DNA of 64,000 bases from Octopus vulgaris. Lineage: Eukaryota. The notes under the pieces were generated by a model. It was not told the DNA's origin. It saw only the letters and a program-made list of their open reading frames with translations, and made no database searches. This document shows positions 53,002 through 64,000 of this stretch, one piece after another; positions within the stretch are counted from its first letter, which is position 1; every line of letters starts with the position of its first letter. Made by a program: the position numbers and the translations under genes. The DNA lies in the NCBI GenBank assembly GCA_951406725.2, contig OX597820.1, positions 67,456,001 to 67,520,000 of the forward strand, given 5' to 3'.

Positions 53002-53337
53002 GTGAAGGCGCATGGCTCAGTGGTTAGAGCGTCGAGCTTACGATCGTGAGGTCGTGAGTTCGATTCCCGGACCGGGCTGCGTGTTGTGTTATTGAGCAAG
53101 ACACTTTATTTCACGTTGCTCCAGTTCACTCAGCTGTAGAAATGAGTTGCGACATCACTGGTGCTAAGCTGTATCGGCCTTTGCCTTTCCCTTGGATAAC
53201 ATCAGTAGTGTGGAGGGGGTGGCTGGTATGTATAGGTGACTGCTGGCTTTTCATAAAACCCTTGCCCGGACTTGTGCCTCGGAGGGTAACTTTCTAGGTG
53301 CAATCCCATGGTCATTCATGACCGAAGGGGGTCTCCT
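53002..53337 (+). mobile_element. CORE-like tRNA SINE family D
   Basis: Near-identical to 34929-35249; TSD ATGCAGCTTGTA / ATGCAGTTTGTA. Confidence 0.88.
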
Positions 53338-53590
53338 CATGCAGTTTGTATTTATTTTTGTAATTCTAGTGAGTGATAAAATATTGAACTCAGAATTAAG
53401 ATTAAAGAGTGGAACAAAATCTTCTTCATCGAACCCCGAAAGGATGAAAAGCAAAGTCGACCGTGGCGAAATTTGAACTCAGAACGCTAACTTGGGAGAA
53501 ATGCTGTGAAGCGTTTTTCCCCGACGCACTAACCATTTTATCTGCTCAGCATCCTAAGTTTAAAGAATATTACATTAAATGGAAGTACTC

Positions 53591-53646
<56 letters not shown>

Positions 53647-53776
53647 TCATGAAGTCTGAACTTGTTTCAGTCTTTGGATTGCGGCCACGCCGCGGCATCT
53701 CAATCATGAGGTGTTAGTTTATGATACCAACTTCAGTACTTTATCTGATACTCATTTCATCAACAGCTGTTCAGAA

Positions 53777-53824
<48 letters not shown>

Positions 53825-53917
53825 GTCTACCTATTTATCTATCTATCTATCTGTCTATCTACCCATCCGTCTATCTATCTGTCTACCCATCCGTCTATCT
53901 ATCTATCTACCCATCCG

Positions 53918-53996
<79 letters not shown>

Positions 53997-54095
53997 GCCT
54001 GTCTGTCCGTTCGTCCGTCTGTCTTCATCTAAAAAAACGTGTTATAAAAAAAAACTGGCACTCATATATGAGTTAATAGAATGGGCATATTATTA

Positions 54096-54318
54096 CAATA
54101 ATTCCTCTCCATATCGCGGTTCACTTATCGCGGTTTATTATTTAAGCTTATGTCGATTCCTCCGTGTTGTTTTGCATTTATAATAAAATAAATATATACA
54201 AATTATAAAAATAATAAAAAAAAATATACAGGACAGTACTGTTTCTACTTCGCGGATTTTCACCTATCGTGGCGGGGGGTTCTGGAACGTAACATCCGCG
54301 GTAGTCGAGGGATTACTG
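54096..54318. mobile_element. Tigger/pogo-like MITE
   Basis: TA|CAATAATTCCTC ... GAGGGATTACTG|TA with internal TATCGCGG repeats. Confidence 0.75.
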
Positions 54319-55056
54319 TATTAATAAAATACAATATTATATTTTCACATCAGCTAACCACATTCAGCAGTTGAAGTAACCCCGGCAATCAGGCCTGAGT
54401 CTGAAACAGAGACAACTAGTTAACATTGACATTACTAGTTGTCCGCTATCCTGACAACTAGGATATCTGTAAATTATTTAAAAAAGGTTTCGTAATATCA
54501 ATACCCGACTTGGGCGTAAGACTTGAAATTTCTGGCGGAAGGAAATAAAATTACGTTATTGTACAGTATTCATGTCAGAGCCTAGTTACGTATGTGAAGT
54601 GAGTCGACTTCAACCGAAAATCGAAATCAGTACGCAGGGATTTGGAAGCTTAGTAATTTACCTTTACCTCTGTAGCAATTGTCACAGAGTATTTTAATAC
54701 TATTCAAAGCAGGATATCTAAACCAAAAATACAATTATGACTGATTTGTTGGCAATTAGTTGTACTCACAAATATTCCACGGAATTAAACCAAAATCTAA
54801 TTTGATTGACGTTATCTGAATGATAATAAGAACGAAAACATTGGCAACAGTAATAGCAATAGTGGTAGTAACCATCGTAATAATAATGCTGTTTTACTGG
54901 TTAACATAATTAGAATAATAGATTAATAGCTATCTAGTTAATCGACGGTTTGGAAGGAAGAGCTAGTGACAAAGGATTTTGTTTTACGAGTTGGTGAATA
55001 GATATTGACAAAGCATTTACTAGTTATACCAATAAGAAATTAAAACAATAGGAGAG

Positions 55057-55096
<40 letters not shown>

Positions 55097-57308
55097 TGAT
55101 AGACAGATAGTTGGGTACAGATATATATGTATATAGTTAGATAGATATAGAAGGGGAGGCGGGGTGAGAAATCAAAATTGCAAATAAAGTAATGTGTATA
55201 CCTTTAAGCTTCGCTGGTGTTTGCAAATCTTTATTAATGTCGGTTGGGTGAACAGGATACGCCAGCAGCCGATACAAGTTTGTCAAAGCTGACTGATAAC
55301 TAGAAGAAGCATTACACAAACGATGTTTCTAACACATGACTGCAGATTGAGAAGAAGCTAATCAGTGGGTTCGTTTTCTCCCAGTTTTTGCGTTCAGGGA
55401 ACGTCTCTTGTGAAAGAAAGTAGAAATTATGCGATTCCCGTAGACTGGAAGGCATAGGGTCTTGTCTCGATGTCTGAAAATAAAGAAAGCGTGTGAGAAA
55501 AAGAAAGAAAGATAATATATAAAGAGAGAGAGAGATAAGGGAAGAAAAAGGAATGAACATGGATGGGTAAGGAGATAGGAAATGGGGAACTTGTTTGGTG
55601 AATTCTTTCCCGAGTGGCTGGTGAATATATCGTGAAAGTGCAAGCCTAAAGGACACGTTTTTGTGATTTCGATTCTTTATCTGGCTTTTCTATAGAAAGT
55701 AATTATGGAAGATGTCGGCCAAGAGGAAGAAATGAAAACCAGCATTATGTATTGGAATGGAACTAGCAATAAATAAGATGTATCTAGAAGAGAAGACCCA
55801 TTTCAGATATAGATTTCATTCAATGAGTTCTTGGTGCTGAATAAATATGAAGAAAAAATCGTTTAATATTAAAAATATTTTTTAAATGCTATTAATATTT
55901 CCGAAGAAAATTTTTATGAATAAATTTACAACTTTGACAGAATTATCATCGATATTAGTCATTTTGAAAATTTTGATAAAAATGATTTTACAGATACTAA
56001 GATAATTTATATAAAAAGTAAGAAAAACAAACAAACAAATAAAAAGTAGAAGAATGGATATACAAAATGGATTTGGGCAATATGAATTTGATAATAAAAG
56101 AAATGCAATTTGTTTTAATATTTAAAGTGTATGACAAGATTTTCTTCTTTTCTTGACAATGGATTAGGAAGGGGACTATTTTTGTGGAATCCAGCTTACA
56201 AGATTTTGCATGTTCCTTCCCGCTCCCTCTTAGCTTTGCCCATTGGCTTCTTCATACGAACAAGTTAGCCTCATTGTCACTGCAATGTTGTTTTCCTAAT
56301 TGCTAACACCATTAAGCTTACAATGCTCTCTTCTCTTCGATCCACCTTCCTACCTTAAAGCAACCCAAACTGCTTTTTCTTGAGCTCGGTTCTTGCTTAA
56401 TTTCAGCGGACCGGCGATGAAACCCCGATTACTGAGTTGCTAATTAATAAAAACGAATTTATATCTCAGTCATGATAGAATGATGATGTTGGCTGGCGGA
56501 CATATTGAATGATTCCATTAAATCAGTATATAGATCATCTTGCCAACAGTATAGTTGTCATTGGCTTTACTCATTCCAATTATCTCCAACGTGAGACATC
56601 AACGAAGGTTATTTTCCTCGCAGAAGTGAAAAGGATACATATGGAACTGTTGAGAAATTTTGGAAAAAATTAAAGGAAACAAAGAATTATTTACAAGCAG
56701 CAAATATGAAACTTATACCTTGTATAAGGTTATAAACTAATTAGAAAAAATAGGTGAAGAAGATGAACGTCAACATCACATCATTCATTGCCAAAGGTCA
56801 TCGATATAATTTATTAGTAACAAGACATATTTTCTCGTTCCTTTTAAAAGGCGTGCAAACATATCTTAGTAAACTCGAGCTGAAGATATCCTGTACATTT
56901 TCCTTCGGCAAAGTTTTATAAGGATGTCACTGACTCAACGTTACTGAACTTAAATGATATATTAAATTTGCAGTTAAATATCTGGCTTGCTTTAGGTTTA
57001 TTTTAATCTATTTTTTTTTTGTTTCTTTTCATAAATGAAATCAAGATCGATGAAATTAAGGCGGATGATCTTTGCATTAATTATTTAGCGCTGGAAATTT
57101 GCTCGTTTTAGTTATGGCAATAACAATTTTTTTACTTAGCCATAAAATAATATACATACAGTTAGAAGTAATAGAAATACAGAAAGTGTGACGATTTTTA
57201 TGCCATTCTGAAAAATTTGAATAGTGTAAATGAATTAGCTTTAAATGAACTGAAACCAGACACGAACTCAAGACAACAGAAAGTTGTCTATTATTATACA
57301 ATGCAGCG

Positions 57309-57540
57309 AAGGCGGCGAGCTAGTAGAATCGTTAGCACACGGGGCAAAATTCTTAGCGGCATTTCACTTGTCGCTACGCTCTGAGTTCAAATTCCGCCGA
57401 GGTCGACTTTGCTTTTCATCCTTTCGGAGTCGATAAATTAAGTACCAGTTACGCACTGGGATCGATATAATCGACTTAATCCCTTTGTCTGTCCTTGTTT
57501 GTCCCCTCTATGTTTAACCTCTTGTGGGCAATAAAGAAAT
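57309..57540 (+). mobile_element. SINE B monomer
   Basis: Family consensus. Confidence 0.88.
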
Positions 57541-57786
57541 AAAATATGATAGCTACTACTTGAACGGGAATAGAAAATAGTTCGTGGATTTATCTTGTCA
57601 AGGAGCATTTCTTCTCGTACTCGCTTAGTAATAAATACTAGCAAACTGGAGAAACAATCACAGAACTGATTTGTTTCTTGCAAGATACTGCGCGAACCAC
57701 AACTATTGATAACAAATCAACGAACTTTATACATCCTCTCAAATATATATAATATGAAATCTCGTTTAACTTTAATCCTTAGTTAA

Positions 57787-58321
57787 GAGGGTGAGTTAAA
57801 AAGTAATGCCATTTTGTTTAGGACAGGTATAATTAGCAACACGGGACATGTATCATACATCAAAATGAAGCTGGTCCTCTGTGGATCACATCCCTACTTC
57901 TCAACATAGTCGACGTTTCTCTCAACAGCAATGTTCCACCTTCGGATGAGAGCATGTATCCCTGCCCCGTAAAATTCTGTTGACTATTCTTTGAGCCACT
58001 TCTTCACTATAGTTTTCACTTCCTCGTCACCAGATTTAGCGCCTTCAGACTATCATCTCTTCGGCTCCATGAAAGAGGGTTTGAGAGGCAAACATTATTC
58101 CAGTGACGAGGAAGTGAAACTGTAGTGAAGAAGTGGCTCAAAGAACAGTCAATAGAATTTTACGGGGCAGAGATTCATGCTCTCATTCGAAGGTGGAACA
58201 TTGCTATTGAGAGAAACGGTGACTATGTTGAGAAGTAGGGTTGTGATCCACAGAGGACCAGCTTCATTTTGATGTATGGTACATGTTCCTGTGTTGGTAA
58301 TTATACCTGTCCCAAACAAAA
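57787..58321. mobile_element. mariner-derived fold-back element (two 3' ends back to back)
   Basis: From 58027: SPDLAPSDYHLFGSMKEGLRGKHYSSDEEVK/VVKKWLKEQSIEFYGAEIHALIRRWNIAIERNGDYVEK*; 57811-58030 is the reverse complement of 58102-58321. Confidence 0.9.
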
Positions 58322-58509
58322 CGAACCAGCATTTGAAATTCTATTCTTTTTTCTATTATCTTAACACAGTTTACTGTTACATCATGATCAGGTCCGTAAG
58401 GGTGGCACATATGGTAACGTGCTGCTGTAATTAATTTCGCTGGTTAATGACTTAGTCCATGGAAATTTACCCAAGTGTTGGTTTATGGGAAATATTTGCT
58501 ATGTTCTTT

Positions 58510-58908
58510 TCTTTTCTTTTCTATTCACAAGGCCCGAAATTTTGGGGGAGGGGGGCAGTCGATTAGATCGACCTCAGTACGTAACTGGTACTTAATTTAT
58601 CGACCCCGAAAGGATGAAAGGGAAAATCGACTTCGGCAGAATTTGAACACAGAACGTAGCGGCAGACGAAATACCTATTTCTTTACTATCCACAAGGGGC
58701 TAAACACAGAGGGGACAAACAAGGACAGACAAAGAGATGAAGTCGATTACATCGATCCCAGTGCGTAACTGGTACTTAATTTATCGACTCCGAAAGGATG
58801 AAAGGCAAAGTCGACCTCGGCGGAATTTGAACTCAGAACGTAACGGCAGACGAAATACGGCTACGCATTTCGCCCGGCGTGTTAACATTTCTGCCAGCTC
58901 GCCGCCTT
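58510..58908 (-). mobile_element. SINE B dimer with alternative tail
   Basis: Same composite structure as 17876-18270. Confidence 0.85.
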
Positions 58909-59504
58909 ACTTGCCGAAAGATAATGTAGATAACCGACATTCTAAATTATCGTTTACATAATGTAGTAAAATATCTAATATTTTGTTATTTTACCTTTAC
59001 CTTTGTCAGTCATTTGACTACGGTCATGCTGGAGCACCACCTTAAGTTTAATCGAACAAATCTTATTATTTAAGCCTAGTGCTTATTCTATTAGGAATCT
59101 TTTGCTGAACCGCTAAGTTACGGAGACGTAAACACGCTAACACCAGTTGTCAAGTGGTGATGGGGGGGTGGGGTGGGGTGGCGGGACAAACATAGACACG
59201 AAGACGCACACATAAATATATGCATATATATACGACGGGCTTCTTTCAGTTTGCGTCTACCAAATCCACTCATGAGACTTTGGTTGGTCCGAGGCTATGG
59301 TAGAAGACACTTGCCCAAGGTACCTCGCACTGGTACCTTGGGCAATCTTGTGTTGCAAGATTCCTGATATGAAATCGTGTGTTGAAACAGATATTGTTAT
59401 ATTTCGGGACGGTCATTTTAATTTATTTATTTACCAAGTAAACACACGCACTATACGTTTGTTCTTCACTCGTTTATTACTGTTCTGATCTTTTAAATTC
59501 TAAC

Positions 59505-59564
59505 TCCATTGTCCATTGTTTGGAAATCTTTCGTCACACATCTGTGACCTATTCAGTGACACTT
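59505..59564 (-). ncRNA. Degenerate hammerhead motif
   Basis: AAGTGTCA-CTGAATA-G-GTCACA gatg TGTGAC-GAAA: perfect 6-bp stem II, G8 mutated, stems I and III poor. Confidence 0.45.
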
Positions 59565-60811
59565 TTCGTTTTCGCGTGTGCACTTGCTCCACTTACTCCA
59601 TTCTGCAACAATGTAAAAATATAAAATAGTTTCATCTCTTTAGAACTATGAAGAATAATATGTGAACAAGGGAATCAACTTATATTGATGATATTTTAAT
59701 GTTAATCAATATATAGGACTGTATTTAGGTGCTTTCTTAAGTATCTAGATGCATCTATTTGTTGCAAAAATCGTTTTGAAAAGGATTTTTAGTGGGCATT
59801 GTATACCTTTGTGTGTCACTGTCATCTACAAGAAAGATATTAGTCTGGCAAAATTATGCTTTAAAAATATTCTTGTCGTTGAGAAGGTAAATGTTACGGT
59901 TGTTATAATTACAGAGCGTATAACAGTTTTGTGTGCTTGTAATGGAAATATTTTCCCCGTATATATCGCATCCTATGGAAACAGCGAAGATTCTGCTGTA
60001 ATAGTGACCCACTTTAATGCTAATTTTTTTTGAAGATTGTATGGTATTTATGGTCTATAGGATAAGGGTAAAGGATAAAGCATCTTCCTCGAGTCCTGTG
60101 GACTCATAAGGGCCAGGTTGCCGGTTTCCGTGGCGTATATATGTATTTACCTACTGGACGAGACGCCGGTCTGTCGCAAGGTTATTCATTTTTGCCAGCT
60201 GAGTGAACTGGTGCAACGTGAAAGGAAGTGTTTCGTTTAAGAAAACAACGTGTCGCCTGGTCCAGGAATTGAAACCACAATCTTACGATAATGAATCCAA
60301 CATCCTAACCACTAAGCTACACGCCTCTACATGGCCTATAGGCAAATACCTAAGTTAGGAAAATCCTGGCAATATTAGAATGAACATCAAGGCGGCGAGC
60401 TAGCAGAGTCGTTAGCACGCTGGGCAAAATGCTTAGCGGCATATCGTCCATCTTTACGTTCTGAGTTTAAATTCCGTCTGGTTCCATTTTGCCTTTCATC
60501 CTTTCAGGGTCGATAAAATAAGTATCTATTGAGCACCGAGGTCGATGTAATCGACTTACCCGCCACACCTTAATTGCTGGCATGGTGCAAAAAAAATTGA
60601 AACCGATATTAGAATGAACATCTAAACTATAGAGAAAATTGTACCACATAATCTTTCGTTTTCTTTTATTTTGCATTTATAAATAATGGATTTGTTCTTT
60701 ATATAATATACGTCACATTTGGATCGACCGTTATTCAATGGTTCAATGTAACAAGGACTAATACGCTAAAACATATCTTGTTAAAGAATCGGCAGGTTAT
60801 GCACTCACTAA

Positions 60812-61228
60812 TACTCTTTTACTTGCTTCAGTCATTTGGCTGTGGCCAAGCTGGAGCACTAACTTTAGTCGAGCAAATCGACCGCAGGACTTATTCTTTG
60901 TAAGCCTCGTACTTATTCTATCGGTCTATTTGCCGAACCGCTAAATTAAGGGGACATAAACACACCAGCATCAGTTGTCAAGCGATGGTGGGGGAAAACA
61001 CAGACACGCAAACATACACACACACATACATATATATATGTGTGTGTATGTGCATACATATATACGATGGGCTTCTTTCAAAATCCGTCTACCAAATTCA
61101 CTCACAAGGCTTTGGTCGGCCCGACTCTATAGTAGAAGACACTTGCCCAAGGTACCACGAAGTGGGACTGAACCTGGAACTATGTGGTTGGTAAGCAAGC
61201 TACTTACCACACAGCCACTCCTACGCCT
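60812..61228 (-). mobile_element. SINE family A full copy
   Basis: Family consensus. Further copies: SINE A 58995-59340 (-), CORE-like SINE 60065-60328 (-), SINE B 60389-60600 (+). Confidence 0.88.
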
Positions 61229-61720
61229 ATAAATAATATTAAGTATTTTTTCTAACATTAAGGATTTTTTCAAAGATTGTTGGAGGATGGTTGGAATAGA
61301 ACGTCGAGTACTATGCATTGTCGTTAATTATACAGGCAGTATTTAGCAATACCCAAATCTCAAGTTTTATTTAGGGAATTGAAAATGCTTAGGTATGTAT
61401 CAACTGTAATCATTAAGTGTGATGTTAAAGAGAGTGGGACAAATTGAGGTGAAATAATTGTGCCGTATTGTTGTTATGTGATGCGAGTGTGATTTATGTG
61501 GTGGACGGACAGCATGGAGTCCAAGTCTTGGATGTATCTGAAAGGTAATGCCAACATCATTTGAGCAATGGTGATGGAATATTTTCCATATTATGCAGAT
61601 GATGTAGCGCCCACGGAGGCGTGAGAGAGAATAAAACTTGAGCTTTCTAGTTGACCCCAATAGTCAAGGCCTGATATGCCATCTTTTTTGTAATTGACCT
61701 TTGATATAAAGGTGTGTGTA

Positions 61721-61756
<36 letters not shown>

Positions 61757-61795
61757 ATCTATAGAATACAATTATGTTTATATATATATATATAT

Positions 61796-62012
61796 AAATA
61801 TCATAATAATTATATACATAACTATAACAAGGAATTGGTTATAAGCCTCCCCACGCACTAGACGCCAAAATAGACGCCAAAAGACGATAATACCTCCTTT
61901 AAAACTTTGAGCTTTTAAGTTGGTATTAGCATCTTTTGGTGTCTATTTTCTAGCGTGTGTGTAGGCTTATAGTCAACCCCTTGTTATAATTATGTATGTA
62001 ATTATAATATTT
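61796..62012. repeat. ~215-bp imperfect fold-back
   Basis: ATAATTATATACATAACTATAACAAGG..TATAAGCCT..AAAATAGACGCCAAAAGA..TAATACC mirrored by GGTATTA..TCTTTTGGTGTCTATTTT..AGGCTTATA..CCTTGTTATAATTATGTATGTAATTAT. Confidence 0.85.
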
Positions 62013-62155
62013 GTAAAATTTACCTATAAGGTTTTTATTTCCGCGCTGACCCCTCGGTAAAATCATTAATGATTTTTACCCTTTATTATAATATTCATAT
62101 ATATATATATGTTTGCATGTATGTATATATATATATGTATGAATGCATATATGTA

Positions 62156-62193
<38 letters not shown>

Positions 62194-62360
62194 GCACGCG
62201 CGCATATATATATATATGAATATATATATATATGTGTGTGTGTGCGTGTGTGGTGTGTATGCATATATTTCTGTTGGCTTACAATACAAACAATTTAACA
62301 TTAAACTCTACACAATGCTTTTTGTAGAGTACATATGATACTTTTACAAGAAGAGGTATA

Positions 62361-62406
62361 ACAGTGATTTCGAAGTTTCGGCCTGCTAACCTTCATCGGA
62401 CACTGT
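62361..62406 (-). ncRNA. Degenerate hammerhead motif (CCGAUGA variant)
   Basis: ACAGTGT-CCGATGA-A-GGTT agca GGCC-GAAAC-TTCGAA-ATC-ACTGT; palindromic stem III. Confidence 0.6.
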
Positions 62407-62410
62407 GTCT

Positions 62411-62443
<33 letters not shown>

Positions 62444-63129
62444 GCATGCATGTGTGTGCTTATGTGTTTGTATATATACTAAACGAAAAAAAAAAAAAGA
62501 ACTGATTAGCATAACAAACACATAGAAACATACATACATAAGGCATATCTCGTTTATGCGTACATTTGTGCGCACAATACAATGCTGGCCTATTCTCAGT
62601 ATCACTATTGACAATAAAACGAGACAATGTGGAACAGTACAAAACAGGCAAAGAAAAAAAAAACTACAAAAGGCAACAAAAAAATAATAATAATAAAATT
62701 ACAAATACAAAAACATAACAGGCAAGCGGGTAAAGAGATGCCCATGGCCCTTTCTAGCTAAGGCTCTCTCACGTGGCGATACTTGACACTGCATCTTGCC
62801 AAACTCCAATAGTGTCACGCCTCCATATATTTTCGCCGGAACCAAATGTGAAGAGAATGTCGGAACTTCCTTAATTCTCTCAATTGAGCACCATCACTCC
62901 TGACAACTCGAAGACTATAGGGCATGTTATCAATTTAATTTTTTTTTTTTTTGCAAAAACTTGTACTACTGAATTCGAACGATTGCTGTGAGCAAAGGAC
63001 TCAGCGTTTTGTTTCTTTTTTGTTTTTGTTCTTGTTAGTTTTTTTTTAAAGAGAATAAAGCATCGTAGAACATGGAATAATAACAATAATAGTAATAAAA
63101 AATAATGTTTTCTGTTTTTCCTTAACAAT

Positions 63130-64000
63130 AATGATGATGATGATGATGATGGTGATGGTGATAGTGATGATGATGATGATGATGGTGGTGATGGTGGTGA
63201 TGATGAAGATGATGATGAAGGTGGTGATGATGATGGTGATGATGATGATGATGATGGTGGTGACGATGGTGATGATGATGATGGTGGTGGTGGTGATGAT
63301 GATGATGGTGATGATGATGGTGGTGATGATGAAGATGGCGATGGTGGTGGTGATGATGGTGATGATTTTGGTGGTGGTGTTGATGATGAGGATGATGATG
63401 ATGGTGACAGTAGTGGTGATGATGGTGATAGCGATGATGATGGTGATGATGGTGGTGGTGGTGATGATGATGGTGGTGATGATGATGGTGGTGATGATGA
63501 AGATGGCGATGGTGGTGGTGATGATGATGGTGATGATTTTGGTGGTGGTGTTGGTGATGAGGATGATGATGATGGTGACGGTAGTGGTGATGATGGTGAT
63601 AGCGATGATGATGGTGATGATGATGATGATGATGATGATGGTGGTGATGGTGGTGGTGGTGATGAGGATGATGATGATGGTGACGATGATGGTGATGAGG
63701 ATGATGATCATAATGATGGTGGTGGTGATGATGATGGTGGTGGTGATGGTGGCGGTGATGATGGTAATAGTGGTGATGATGATGATGATGATGATGATGA
63801 TGACGACGGTGGTGGTGATGATTATAATGGAATGATAGTCTTGATGATGTGGTGATGATGATGCTGATGGTGCTGGTGATAATGATAGCAATGGTAGAAG
63901 TAGCAACTGCTTCTTCTGATACTGATGATGACGATGATGATGATGAGGATGATGATGATGGTTATAGTGGTAGTGTTGGTGGTTATGGTGATGATGATGA
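63130..64000. repeat. (GAT/GGT)n compound microsatellite with an internal ~170-bp duplication
   Basis: Marker strings GAAGATGGCGATGG, GATTTTGG and GATAGCGATG recur about 170 bp apart (63331/63499, 63427/63598). Confidence 0.92.

Noticed and set aside
56395-56445. GAAACCCCGATTA with flanking TTCAG/CTGAG stem
   Set aside because: No recognisable CUGANGA or stem II; too degenerate to call an HHR.

Overview
Eukaryotic, AT-rich, extremely repeat-dense genomic DNA. The SINE families, microsatellite load and gene sequence point to an octopus (coleoid cephalopod); this is an inference from recall, not a database result. One host gene is clear: mitochondrial ribosomal protein L15 (MRPL15/uL15m) on the minus strand, four coding exons 12687-12583, 8861-8707, 7237-7075 and 2823-2365, 882 nt / 293 aa, all introns GT-AG and in phase, with a YY1-type motif over the start codon. 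The remaining ~51 kb is TE and microsatellite sequence: at least four tRNA-derived SINE families, mariner/maT/Tigger/hAT/piggyBac relics, Helitron-like elements, and RTE, CR1-like and R4/Dong-like LINE fragments. The most unusual signal is a dense set of minimal type I hammerhead-ribozyme (HHR) motifs (about ten, mostly decayed). Several sit in outward-facing pairs in the arms of fold-back elements, and one is a tRNA-headed, HHR-tailed SINE-like unit (36831-37428), suggesting Pol III non-autonomous elements mobilised by Penelope-like machinery. A 15-mer, AGAGTTATTTCCCTT, recurs exactly three times, once just upstream of the MRPL15 ATG. Nearly all six-frame ORFs supplied are microsatellite or SINE artefacts.
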